Shown here one piece after another: positions 47,876-61,370 of a stretch of DNA of 64,000 bases (the stretch's first letter is position 1; every line of letters starts with the position of its first letter). This stretch comes from Camelus dromedarius. Lineage: Eukaryota. The notes under the pieces are model-generated. The model did not search any database, was not told the DNA's origin, and worked only from the letters and a program-made list of their open reading frames with translations. Where the stretch lies: the NCBI RefSeq assembly GCF_036321535.1, contig NC_087437.1:73658001-73722000 (forward strand). The letters are read 5' to 3'. The translations under genes and the position numbers were made by a program.

Positions 47876-50800
47876 GCAACCTGTTTTTTAATGAGGATAA
47901 AATGGAGAAAGCTTCACTTTCTAGATATTGCAGTCTCAAACTGTTATCAAAAGAATGCTGAGAGAAGTGGTGCTTGAAGACACATAGGCCAGTCGTTTCT
48001 CTAAATTTTCTCTGCTCTCTCCTTGGATCTGACAGCCTTCAGATCCACAGGACAGAATGCTGTCCTCTAGGACTAATGCCTTCACCGGATACTTTTTGCC
48101 TTCACCAAATAATGCTTCATTGTTTTTATGTAACTTGGTTTCACTGAGCAGAGCTCCAGGAAAATATGAAACCTCTTACATCTCCTATATAAATATTTTG
48201 AGAATATTGTGTCCCTATAAAAAGTCTTTATAAGAAATTTCTTTTATAGAAAAAAGTACTAAAAATGTGTTGTTTCCTCTAAGAACTCCATTGATTTTAC
48301 AAAAAAACCCTACAAAACTCACTCCATTATTTGCTTAGGCTATCAGGAAGCTAGGCTATTAGGAACTCAAATTTGTGGGTTACTTTTTTTGAACAGCTAA
48401 TTACATCTTATGGCTCAAGCCAGGGATTGTGAAGAAGTTTCATCCTGCACACAACCCTAGTAAATCCCTTTTGGATATCTGGAGCACCGGCTGGAGAGTT
48501 ACGTGGCAGCCTGAAAATTTAAGGGGGAGAGTACTATGATCTGCTGTAACTGTCCCATCAGCAGGTGACATGAATGTGTGCATGTGCTGGTCATGGTCTA
48601 GGTATTCTGTGTATTTACCCTAGTCTTCACTTTCAACTCTTTAATTTCCTTTGGCTCCAGATTTTTAATTTTCCTTTTTCATCGTCACATCCATGTATGT
48701 AATTTTATATCAATTTCTTTAAGCAGTTTGTTCCATAGGGTATTTCAAACAGAATCAACTTTCCCAAAATTCTGGATAACATTTGAAATACAGGACAAGC
48801 AGTCTTTCCACAGAGTAATATTAAGAAACTTAATTAACGAAAGGAATCTAATCTGATACTCTATATATAAACAAATACTCTACTATTAATAAATGTAATT
48901 TAATATATATTACATGCAATATATATTATATACATATTACTTGAAATATACCAACTGCATGTAGACATTAATAACACCTAGGGGACTTCAGTCTACAAAA
49001 TCTACTCAAATCATCACTTCATATTTAGTAACTCTTAATTTATCTTCCTGAATAGCATGGAATTCTTTTCTTTACATCTTCCATCCCTTCAAGTTCCACA
49101 GGACTCATGGGTACTGCCTGACTTTTAGAGGAATTATTTCTCAGCTTTGACTCGGTCAAACCGGTCTCACTCTTTCCTACTGTGTGTTTATGACATGCCA
49201 GACCCTTTTCTCTGTGCCAGAAATTCAGTAGAGAAGGCAGATTGCAATTGGCCCTGCTCTCTTGGGTCTCAAAACCTAGATCCTGCCTCCCTGAGCCAGA
49301 TCTCTTGACACTTTGTCTTCAGGAAGCCAAGACGTTGGTTAGCTGTTGCTATTGAACAAAGGATCCTATGGCACAACTATTATCCCTAATGTCCCTCTGT
49401 TAAGAGGGCAGTGCCTCTTACTTTTCTTGTCTCTCAACAATCTAGCTACCTATTTTGACTTGGAGAAAGAAATGCTTTTTGCATTCTTTTTAATAGCTAA
49501 TATGTCCATTCAATCAAACAACATTCTTTCTCCCTCCCCAATTATATCTATGCATTTAATGTGTTTGTAGTAAGCTATTGGATTTTTCTTTATAGGCAGA
49601 CAGAATATAAATAATAAATATTCTAATGAATACCTGGCATCATACGGGCATGCCTTTTCTGTTGACACATAATGCAGATCTGTTAAATACGTGGAGATCT
49701 GCCAGGCTCCTGGAAACAGATAATCTGTTTAGCACAAACCTCCAGTGTTTAAACCGATCTCTTCTCCTGTCTTTGCTTTTCCTTTTTCCCTTGCCTTCTC
49801 TCTGCACTCTCTTTCCTTTTCTTTTCCTTATACTACTTTTTGACACTAGGCAATGTTTACATCAGTGGATTAGCTTATATTAATTATAAATATAATTTAA
49901 TTTAGATTAGATATTAAGCCTTTGGCAGAGTATCCATGTTGGGTTTCCTTCAGTCACTGCCTGATTTTGTCCTGACAGAGAAACTGTGGAACTTGCTGTC
50001 CTACATGATGAGGTCAACTCTTGCTTGAAAATGTATAATCAGAGCTAATTAATACTGCTGGTGACTAGAGGCATTTGTCCTCCTGTGGCAATTATGTTGA
50101 ACTTGGTCAATGTGGTGACTGATTGGATGAAGCCAGGAGGCTGTTAAAAAAAATAACAAAAACTTGACTCATTAAAACATTCTCAACCATAAATTTAATA
50201 AAAGAGATGCCTTAACTTCTCATTAAATTTTGATATGCTCTTCCCTCAGGCTTGAGGATTTGTTCTGTTCTAAATCTCTGCTGAAACAGCTTCTGAAGTG
50301 TGTTTGATTTAACTGAGGATTGCTATGTAAAGGGGGCATTTGGTCTACGGTATTTTTAGAATTAGCCTCCTAAAAGGTCACTTTTTCTTTCCTGACTGAA
50401 TTGTGTAAGAAAGGCCACTTAACTGACTGAGTTGCTGAGACCCTCCCAAGCCTGCCCAGGTGAGTCCCATCTGCTATGGGACATAAAACTCTGCCAGACT
50501 CGGAGAAACAAAAAGGAAGTTGATGAAGAAAGTAGCAAATCTGAACTCTGAAGGTTAGCATTCTTAGATGAGGTCCACGTCAGCTATTCAAAATGCCGCC
50601 ATGAGACTCTCCAGGTGTCCCTTGTAAACATAGCTGAAGCGGCCTAGGAATCTGCCTGGTTTATCACTCACTACTTCATAAAAACCAAGTTGGCCATTCA
50701 GGGTTCGGGTGTGCACTGGGCTCTCTTGGTTAATGATTGTTCAAGACCAGAGCAGCAGTTTGCTCCCTCAGCTTCCTGCAGTCCAGAGTTCCGCTCTCTT

Positions 50801-51469
50801 CCCTGTGACACTTGAAGGAGACCTCAGAGTGTTGCCCCTTCCTTTCTCGTCAATGCTTTCACAGTTGGGCATGTCAGTGTTTTCAGCTGAAGCAGCAGAG
50901 TCACCAAAGTGTGCAGTGGCTTTAAGGGCAAAGTGCCAGTTTTGTCAGCTACCAGTTCTCACCATCAGCTCTGGCTCAGTACACCCTCAGCCCCACTTCC
51001 CCACAGCTGCCATAGCCATAGAGATGGAAGAGACCTGGAAAGACGCCTTGGCCCAGGTTCGTGCCTTCAGCAAAGTCATAGCCCCACTCTGCTGGGTCCC
51101 CCAAGAGCACACTCTGGAGAAGCAGCTTCTGAAAGGTGATTTTCAGTAGCAGCACAGTTGGCTGAGTAACAATGCAGTGAATCACATTTTCATCTTTGGG
51201 GATTTTCATTTCCCCACAAGAACCTTTCCCATCTTTTCATCTCCTTTTCCTTCATCCTTTAGTGATGACATCCTCTAAATGATCAGAGCAGATCATTTGG
51301 CTGTCTCCTCATTCTCCTTCCCTATTTCTTTTCCTTGGGCTCTAATTTTTAAATGTTAGTATATATCAGAATCACTTGGAATGATTATTATAGAAATTCA
51401 GGGTGAGAGTTACACTAGGGAAAGAGTTGAGGAGGAGTAGAATGCAGAAAAAAATTGCAGTTGAAAAGT

Positions 51470-52283
51470 GGAGAAAAAACATGCACGGACACTTTTCCAA
51501 AGAGAATATACAGAAGGTAGAATGGTACAGTCTCTTTAGAAAATAGTTCGGCGATTTCTTTCACAACTAAAATGGACTCACCATAGACCTAGCAATCGTA
51601 TCTGCAGACATTTACCCGAGAGAAATGAAGCCTTCTTTTTATGCAAAAACTTCTACACAAGTGTTCCTGGCCACTTATTCATAATAACTGAAACTGAAAA
51701 GTACCCAATGTCCTTCAGTGGGTCAGTGGTTAAACATACTAGCACATCCAAATCGTGGGATATGATTCAGTAAGAGAAAGGAACAAATTATTCATACACA
51801 TAATAACTTGGGTAGACGTCAAGAAAATTCTGAGTGGAAAAAGCTAATTTCAAAAGGTTAAATGACGCTACATTTTATTTGTCAAGTACCGTAGTTACAG
51901 AGATGGAGAGCAGACGTGAAGTTTACAGTGGTTGGGAACTAGAGGAAAAGGGGACGGGTAGATCTACGAGGAAGCAACCTGCAGGAGTTGTGCAGTGCTG
52001 CGGTTGAGTATCTTGATAGTGGTGGTGGGTATGTAAGGCTACACATGATAAAATTTATAGAGCTATATAGACACACAAACATACGCACACACGCACAGTG
52101 CGTGTGCAATCGGTGAAAAAGAGACAAAGTCTATGGACTGCACCAAAGTTAATTTCTTTGGTTTTCATACACTTGTACAAGACAATAACATTGAGGTAGG
52201 TTGGAGAGGGATGTATGGGATTTCCCTGCACATTTCTTTGCAAGTCCTCATGAATCTAGAAAATTTGATAAAGATTTAAAAAA
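51470..52283 (+). mobile_element. L1MD-like 3' end
   Basis: ORF2-end remnants (ggacacttttccaaaga, catttacccgagagaaatgaa) and a UTR ending ttctttgcaa..catgaatcta..taaaaaa. Confidence 0.75.
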
Positions 52284-53169
52284 TGAGTTTTAGGCTTATT
52301 CCAGATGCAAAGGGATGGTTTCTACAAGGGCGAGAGTATCAGGAGCCGGAATTCATGGGAGGGTCATCTTTGAATGCTAGTTAGCAGACGTCCCCTCAAA
52401 GTTATCTCAGATCATCCAGTGTCCATCTGGCCTGCAGACTTGTGAGTTAACTAAGTGTGTACACTCCATGCTGCTGAGATTTAGTGGTTGTTTGCTAAAA
52501 GCATTAATATGGCCATAACACGGGTAACATCTATTTTTATTTTAAAATGTATTCCTATTATACCCAACTAAATTAAATGCCCAAAGAAAACAAAAGTGTA
52601 TTTGCCATGATTTTGGATAGTATGCTTGAGGTATGGTGAGACTCAAGAAAAAGTGATTGCTTTCTGAATATTGATAGTTACCAAGTTCAAGCTCATTTTG
52701 ATAAAAATATTCCCAAATCCTTTATCTCATATGACATCAGTAACGTTGAAAATTTCTAATTGTGATAAAGCAATGGATCTTGCTCTTGAAGCTTTGGAAT
52801 ACCCCATGTTCAAGATACATTAATGAACATGATAAATTTTTTCCAAAATTAATGCCATCATTTTTTTCTGATGAATTGGTATGCTCTGTGAGCATTTTTC
52901 CCAAAAAAATGTGAATATATAAACCATCATCTTTCCATTTCTCTCTTGGCAGTCATGACACTCAGAGCCAAGTTTAATGTTCAGAAATATCAAATTTCAC
53001 ATTTGTCTGTGCAAAAGCCTCTCTTCCTGTTTACACTATATATATTTAATCAATCAACAATTTTATTGGTAAATTAGTAATTTAAAGTTTTCATGAGTCA
53101 ATCATATGAATGTTAGAACATGCCATGCTTTGTTTCCTTTTAATGAAGTTTTCTGCAAAGTTTACATTT

Positions 53170-53990
53170 TAAGTAAATTTAATTAAAGTATAACATATAT
53201 GGAAATGTGCATAAATCATAACTATACATCTTAATATATTAAAAAAGAGCATATCAATTAAACCACTACTCTTATCAGGAAATGCAGCATTGCTATTACA
53301 GCAGAAATTCCTCTTGGTCACCCCTCACCCCCAGTCACTACTCACCCCTCTCCAAAGGAAATCTCTCAAAAGGTTTCACTAATTCTAATCCCACAATTAG
53401 GTTTGCATATTTTTGAACTTTACATAAATAGAATCATACAATATGCACTCATTTTTGACTGTCTTATTTTGATCAGTATTATGTGTGTGAAGTTCATGCA
53501 TGGGGTTGTGTATGGCAGCAGTTCATTTAGTTTTATTACGGTGTAATATTCCTTATGCAGATATGCCATCTGTTTATCTATTCTACTTTGGATGGACATT
53601 TGTGATGTTGCGCAGTTTGGTATTACTATGAACAGCACTGAGGAGCACTCAGGTGCTGCTTTTGGTAAACATACTTATGAATTGCTTTGGGACATATACC
53701 CAGGAGTGCAATGACAAGATCAAAGAGTACGCCTAGGTTCAGCATTCATAGGTATCACCAGCTTCCCCAATTTACACTCCCAGCAGCAGCGTGTGTGTTC
53801 ACCACAGTCCACCTCATTCTGGCTGACCCTTGGTATTATTAATCTACTTAATTTTAGTCATTCGAGTTGGTGTGAACTGATACCTCACTGGGTTTTAAGT
53901 TGTATTTCCCTAATGAGGCTGAGAAAATTTTCACATGCAAAATGGCCACTTGGATATTTTCTTTGGTGGAGTACCTGTAGGAACACTGTT
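53170..53990 (-). mobile_element. L1ME/L1MB-type 3' end
   Basis: ttttgaactttacataaatagaatcatacaatatg..gatggacattt..tatacccaggagtg..cactcccagcagcag..ttttagtcattc. Confidence 0.78.
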
Positions 53991-55507
53991 GGTGCTCTGC
54001 CAAGAGCCCCTGGATCTTGGTTTTTTTCCTGTGCATTTCTTCCCTGGCTTCTAGGTACAGTTGCTTCTAATGGTTGTACCTGGGACTAAGTTCCATCAGA
54101 GAGCTATCCTTGGGTTCCTGGAGTTTACTGATTCAATTAGCTCATTTAGATTTTTCTTTAATGTCTTTGGCGGATTTTAGAATCTAAGTTATGCTTGCCC
54201 ATTAAAGAGTTAGGAAGCGTTTCCACTTTTTCAAACTATAGAAGAGTTTATGTAAAGATAGTTGTTTCTAGCTTATGAAAAGTCATACTGAAAAAGTGTT
54301 CTCTTTTCACCTTGAGTTATTTTTTTCCCCATTTTCACATCTCAACACTGGTCATAATTCTTAAATTGGGATCTCTGTATTCCTAAAGGGATCCCTAGGA
54401 GTTATGCAAAACCACAGTGTGAACACATCACATGCTCTAGGATGTCCATTTACCTAAAGACATAAAATTATTTGTATAATAAAACAAATATGAATATATT
54501 ATGGAATATATTCCATAACAGGAATAGGAAACAAATGGGAAGCATTAGGAGACAAAATTTCTGCGACTTTTTAAGGTAAAACTTGACATCACTTCTCTAG
54601 TCCTTGTCTTCTTTGCATAGTGCCTACTTTGTTCTACATTAAGGACACTTTAGAGTGAGAATTTGGAGAAGCAATGAAATAATATCTTCTGCAATGACAG
54701 GATGGTGTCATGACGGAGTAGAAAGAATACACCATTTGTAACTGAGATGTGGGTTCAAATTTGAGGCAGCACTTTCCGGCTATATGTATTACCTTGACTT
54801 TATGTGCAGCTATATGTATGAATGTGTCAACAACTATAAAATTGAATATGGCACAGGATGATTGCATTGCAATGCATGTACAGGGACTAACATAAAAGTT
54901 ACTTCCTGTTAGTTTTACTACAGTTTGTGGCAAACCGTGAACATCTAGGTCTGGAGCCTGCGTCAAGGAAGAAAACAGTAAATGGAGAAGCAGAGACCAG
55001 GGGAAATAGAATCCAGAACCCCTGGTTGGAGTGGAAGTCCCCGGGGGTAGAAGTAGGGATCTGGGTAAAAGCGAGTCATGAGTTGTGGGTTCAAGGCTTC
55101 CTTTAGTTGTTGAGCACTCTCTTATACATGCATTGACCTGCCTGCTCCCGACTTTCAGTGTAGATGAATGCCCCAGGCCACGTTAGTTTGTCTCTTCTTT
55201 GAACCTCAGTCAAACCTAGCTGTGTGAAATCAGCACTTGGTTACAGGATAATCTGTTTTCAAATATAACCTTGTTCCCCCAGGGAGACTGTAGGTTTTCC
55301 CCCAGGAAAAGGACCTCTAGCCCAATATAGTCACATACATAGTAGAGATTCAAATTGTGTTTTTGAAGGTGGAATATTTGAAAAATACTAAACAAATTGA
55401 AACATAATACAAAGACTTGATTCTTCTACTGTGAGTAAACACTTCCCTCACTGGTTAATTGTTTATTCAAAGAAATGTGTGGCCTCTCTAATAAGATCTA
55501 CCTGGGA

Positions 55508-55538
<31 letters not shown>

Positions 55539-56344
55539 CCTCCTCTTTTGGCATGAAGGAGCTATGCCTCTCAAATTTGGTGTTTGTCTATGTTGTCTCT
55601 TCCTTGCTAAAAACACTGATACCATTGCAGGGAGCATCCATCTGCTGCAAATGCATGAGATCTTGTCACCAAATATAGGCTAGAAACAGGTCATTTGGTA
55701 GCTGTTATTGTAGTTGAAAGTTTTTTTATGAAATTATGCTGAGACAGTTTCTGCTTTGTTCATTATGAACAAAGCATTTGATCCGGTCTCCCATCATTAG
55801 CAGAAAGTAATTATTGGGGAGCATTCTTCTGGCATTTTTTGCACATTAGCAGGGCTGGCCAATGGTAGACTTTCTGACAAAATATTTCCTTCTGATCTCT
55901 TGCACTTTCTGAAATTCTGGAAGTCCTTTGAGATAATGATGTATGTTTTTAAAAGTTCCCTGCTCTACTTCAATTAAGTTATCTGAATGAGGACCACATT
56001 GATATATTAACATCATGTTTTTTAATTTATCAATTTGAATAGATTTGGGAAACCAGAGGTTTAGTTTGCTTAGAGATTAGAACAGTGGTTCATTATGTTT
56101 TATATGAAATTTATGAGTCAAGAAAGGCTTCCTATGAAGGCCAAAATCAAGGATCCTGGGATCTGGATATTTTGGGACATAAGGAATGTGGATGAAGAGA
56201 TAAGGAACATAAGTTTAGAGGTGTGAGATTTTTCTCTCCTTCGCTATCCTTCCCAACTTTAAAAAGACCTTTAGTTTAGTAACTACATGTATTAAGAGCT
56301 TTGAAGTGTAGACCTGGAAGAAGGAAGTCCATGCATTGCTGTAG

Positions 56345-56560
56345 CAAGAATTAACAATTAAAATGTCTATAAGCACCAGGCAGGCAGCATAAAAGTGTGG
56401 ATTGGACTTGATGAAACCAGTGGTGAACTGGAGACATTAGTCCCTAATTCAGCTGGTGAACCAATCAGTTTCCACTGCCTGCTTTTAATAATTATTACTT
56501 TATTTGGAAGAATACAGTTGGAATAGGACCAGATTTTTTTTTTTTCCCTAAGCTGAAGGG
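56345..56560. mobile_element. hAT-Charlie MER102-like fragment
   Basis: aaatgtctataagcaccaggcaggcagcataaaagtgtg..gtggtgaactggaga resembles the MER102 5' part. Confidence 0.55.
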
Positions 56561-57919
56561 AAGAACTTCACAGGGCATTCTACTATGAAAATGTCAACAT
56601 TCACAATATCGGAGGCCAGAGTAGGAAGCAATAAATGGCTCCTTTTGTTGACTTACTGCCTAAGCCAACTTAAGGCGATTTATTAAGTCTTCCACATAGT
56701 CAGGCATCTCAAACACGGTTTTGATTAGACAAGATAAGAGTATAAGATGCTATAATAAAGAATAGAAAACATTGTTTTAAGGACCAGTGTGTTTGGAAGT
56801 ATTAGGTGTATCTAGACTTTTTAAGAAGGTGACTTGCCACCATCTGATATTTCATGTTCCATGAGGCTGTATTTGAGTCAGGTCTGGAAATACTTTTGCT
56901 TTGCATTCTGGGAGGCATATCCAACCTTGTCAATTTCTTTTTCTTTTTCTTTCTTTCCTTCAAGCAATCTACAGCAGACACATGGACATCCAAGAGCTGT
57001 AAATGTTTAGTGCATAATCCAAAGTCTAGCCGAGATTTTCAAAGGAAAAGGTTTGACTGCAAATGCTTGTTGGCTCAGATATCTTTATGCACTTCCCTGG
57101 CTACTCCCCCAACTCCCAATCCATTTGTCAAGTTCCCAGAATAGAGACACAATTGCATGAAATCTTTTTAATGCCATTGCATTCTCCTTTTTTTTTAAAT
57201 CAAGGAATAGTTTTTCTAGGATATTACTTTAATGTCACTGCTAAATTAACTGCAAACTTTCTTTTCACAAATCTTTTCTTACAGTGAAAGTTTAAATGGG
57301 CACTGCAGTGGTTAATATTGCAAATAGAGTCATTTGAGAATGTTTTTTGAAAGAGTAATTCATTGTGATTCCCTTGCGTTTGTTGTTTCTGATGTTTCAG
57401 ATTCTTATGTAAAAATATGGAAACCTTCACTACGAAATTTTTAATTGATGTGGTAATGTACTTCAGTAAATAAAGTCACAAGTAGAGCTGTGCTGTTGAA
57501 TTAACCATCAGTTTAAGAGCATCAACAGAAACTGGCCTGACTTGAATTCTTGACCTTGTATTTTAATTTTCCTATATCTGAATTTCCCTATGTATGTCTT
57601 ACTTTCAGTTTCAACCATTAGCAAATTCTTCAAAACTGAAGTTATCTGAAAAAATAATCTGATTTTTTTTTTTGAGGTGTCCCTACCAAACAGGGAAAAT
57701 GGGTTTTTTGTGTGGTGCTATTGGATATGGAAGGTTGTAGTACCATTTGGTGCAGTGATTTTCCATGTCATCTCATGGCTCTGCCAAATGTGAAAGTTGT
57801 GGTGGTTTTCAACATCTTTAAATTATAAATTAACTTAGTATTGAGACTTACAATATTGGCACTTCAAAAACCCAGATGGGCTGCAAAGTCTCAAAAAGTT
57901 TAACATTTTCTGACCTTCT

Positions 57920-58400
57920 GTGGTTGAAAAAGTATTAGACTAAGAGCCAGAATATGTGGGTTCTAGTCTTGGCTCTGTCACTAACCAGCTGTGTAATTTT
58001 GGACAAGTTACTTTTCTTCTGTGATCCAGGCTTTTCTCTATTATAAAATGAAGAAGTTAGGCTACATGATTTCACGCATCTCTGCAAATCTAAGCCTGTA
58101 TTATGCAAGTGATCTCTGGGTTCAAATCCTGGATTTGTCACTTGCTCCAAGCCTATGAGCATAAATTAATTTCTTTGTTCCTCAGTTTTATTACTGATAA
58201 AATGGGTATGATAATAGTACAGTATGAGGAATAATTGAGCCATAGACAGAACTTAGCATATAATTAGTGTTCAATAAGGGATGGCTGCTATTATTGTGAG
58301 TCTGGGTCTAGCAAATCAAACACTGAATTTGAGTCAAATTACTTGTATTTGAGGACTGCATTCTCCATTGACCATGTGACCTTACAAGAAGTTACTTAAT
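57920..58400 (+). mobile_element. Tandem MIR/MIR3 SINE fragments
   Basis: tgggttctagtcttggctctgtcactaaccagctgtgt..ggacaagttac, then ctgggttcaaatcctgg..cctcagttt..taaaatgggtatgataatagtac. Confidence 0.8.
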
Positions 58401-61209
58401 TTTGAGAGAAACAACTGCTTTTTCCAACCTCCTCTACTTAAAATTAAGAAAAATGAATAGAAAAAAAAAAAATCTGATCCTTTAGGAGTTCCTGTGCTAC
58501 ACAGGCAAAGAAATGGTGATACCATCCCTATCCTTATGTTCTTAAACACATTTCTTCCTCAGGGTTCTAGCATAGAAGAGTCACATTTCATTGCAAAGAG
58601 GCTGTGTGGGGGTGGTTAGAAGCACAGATTGATCTGTAGCTTTTGAAAGTTTTATATTAAATGCAGTGGCATTTCTAACTTCAGATTAAAATTGACTCTG
58701 TATTAAAAACAAAAATCTAAGAAATTTGTATTTTTCTTCTCTTCATTCTTGTGTTGATTTCTATGCACCTAGCCATGCACTTAAAGTAAACGTTATGACA
58801 CCTCCTTGGGCTCTCACGAAGAAGTCTCAGGCCCTCCGTCAGTTTCTAATCAGGTGGTAGTTGTCTATCTGGATTTCTGTTGAATATACAGGGTAAATAG
58901 GCAAGGGTAGCTTTGAAACTATCTAGTTACATGGCTGTTTAAATGCAAATAATAGAGAACATCTTATACTGGAAAAGCAGCAGTCCCCTACTCCATCCTT
59001 TGCATTCCCAGCTCCACTCCTCAGAAACAACTGCTTCTTCCCATTTCCCTACTTAGCTCATCTGGTGATGCCTCTATGACTCTGTTAACCATGCTACTGT
59101 AAATGCTGCTCAACACACCAACTCTAGAAATTATTTAAAAATTGCTCCTACTATATGAGATGCAAAATTTCTCATTCACCCATTTCTGTATCTGATTTAT
59201 TGCTAACATATTTTTTTTTGCTATTTTCCATTCTTCACATCAACTTCTATTCATATAATCTAAATATTTATTTCCTATTCCGTCAGTCATACAGAATATG
59301 AAGAAGAGGACATATATATATATATATTTGCCTATTCTCATCACATCTACCTGGAAACTTATAATGAACTATGCACAGTCAAGTTTGGTAACTTCTATGA
59401 CTTGTCTATAGATTGATCTGAAAAGTTAAAAAAAAAGTGCTCACATCATTATGAGATATAAGTTTTGTTCACTATATATCCAATTAGTTTACCGTGATAA
59501 CAAATCATTTTCTGTAGTTCCAATGTCACAAACCCTGTGACTCACAAAATATTCTAGTCCTGGTATGAAGTTCAAGCTTTTAAACAATTTTTTTGGTATA
59601 TATTTCACCATCATTCAAACTCATGCAGTGGTGTTATAGTTGGCCTTTCATTTGGACCGTGCCTTTCTTATATAGTTATATTTCTCTTCCTGGAATTCTG
59701 ATTGCTTTATTTTATTCTTTTTCAGTCTTTGCACTTGTAGAATCTTACAAAGTATCTTGAATGAATATTAAAGATCTGATATTCTCTTGGTCAGAGGTAC
59801 GGTGGCTATCTCTCAAGTCATTATGTTTACATGGCAGTATGAAAAACTGGTGTTTTATTGCTCTGGTAACTGGATGCAGAAGAAAGCCAGGGGACTAGGG
59901 CCGAAAACAGTATAGAAGAGCAATGCTTGAATTCTGGGCTCCTCTTGCATCTTGTTGCCAGGACGACTGAATACTGCCTTACTTGCTGCCTATCAAAAAT
60001 GGCTTTATAACTTTGAGCCACTTATTTCTGAGATACTGAAGGTGAAAGTAAATTCCAGGAGACACCACTGTGAAGTCTTTGGTGCTACGGCTGTTATGTT
60101 AATAACAAGACACTTAGAGGGCTTGTTGCTAGTTCACAATGTAGCTGTACCTGTATTTTTGTCTCATGGGACTTTTGAGCTCTAATTACTCTAGACACGA
60201 CTGTGGGGAGCGTATTTACTTCTGATCTCTGAGGTCTTCATCTTGAATCTTTCCAGAACGATGACTCAAATGATCTCTGAGAAGAATGTGGTGATGAATT
60301 AGATGAAGATCACAGCTGGCTGATGCCTAATTGCCACTTTAATTTGAGGGACATTTAAACGTATTAAGGCTGCCAGATGGTATGTGGCTCAGACTGATAT
60401 TCTGTGGGCTCACTGGAGACAGAGACACTGGTTGCTTCCTGCCCACAGTGGCAGTGGGTAGGTGGGGATGTGGATGGACTTGAATATATCTTGAAAATTT
60501 GCAGTTTTAAAGCTGAGGCAGAATCTGATCCTACTAACCATAGATTAGAAAATTTTATAGTTTCTTTTGCTAAATATGCTCAGAGATGTTCACTGGAGGT
60601 TTGAATACAGGAGTTCAGACACAGGAGTCCTTGTCTGACAGTGCCTTTTTCTTCACCAAATGCCAAACTTTGGAAGGAACATACATATAGTAGTGGAGGG
60701 AAGGGCTTAGCACACCTAACAGTCAAACAGATTGAACCACAGTGCTGACGTTGTAGGGTGTCAGATATCAAAGCCAGATCATGCTAATATTCAGTCCCTG
60801 CAACAATCCCCTTAGCCAGAAATTTGGGGGAAAAAAAGGTCTAAATGGTTTTCATGTAATTCTATCAGGCCAGGAAGGAAAACCAATAATGACTCAAATC
60901 CCTAGTAGTAAAATGACGCTCAGTCTATGTAGGTTATTGTGTGTTACTAGGAAGGAGTGTAAAAGTAGGTCCTGGCTTCGCCTAGGTCGGCATAGAAAGT
61001 TTTAAAGGTAGACTTTGGTACCATCATGGACTTGACATTGTCAGTTTCACTGCTTACCCACAAATGTCTCAATTCCATGTAAAAAATGTGTTCTATTTTT
61101 TTTTTTAAGTTAAATGGAATGAAGTTAGGCAATCAAATGCCCTAGAGTCCTTTAACACAGAAGCAATAGAACACACTAGAATTGTCTTACAAAGGTGAAG
61201 TAAATTAAT

Positions 61210-61370
61210 AATGTTTTCTGGGCAATGGGTAAGATTATTCATTCTGATTTAGCCTAAAGGACTCAGAACCTTCTTTGGGCATCTGAGGGACTTCCTTATG
61301 GAAAAGGGACTTGATTTATTATGTGTAGCTTCAGGGACTAAAAGTCAGACCAATGGGTAGCCGTTAGAAA
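61210..61370 (+). mobile_element. L3/CR1 fragment
   Basis: catctgagggac..atggaaaagggacttgatttatt..gaccaatgggtag is homologous to the CR1 C-terminal piece at 8320-8400. Confidence 0.55.

Noticed and set aside
50709..51149. 146-aa ORF in moderately GC-rich unique DNA
   Set aside because: Starts at a non-ATG codon, has no recognisable domain and no convincing splice context; probably chance.
54499..54518. Perfect 20-bp palindrome ttatggaatatattccataa
   Set aside because: Very AT-rich; plausible by chance in 64 kb and has no supporting context.
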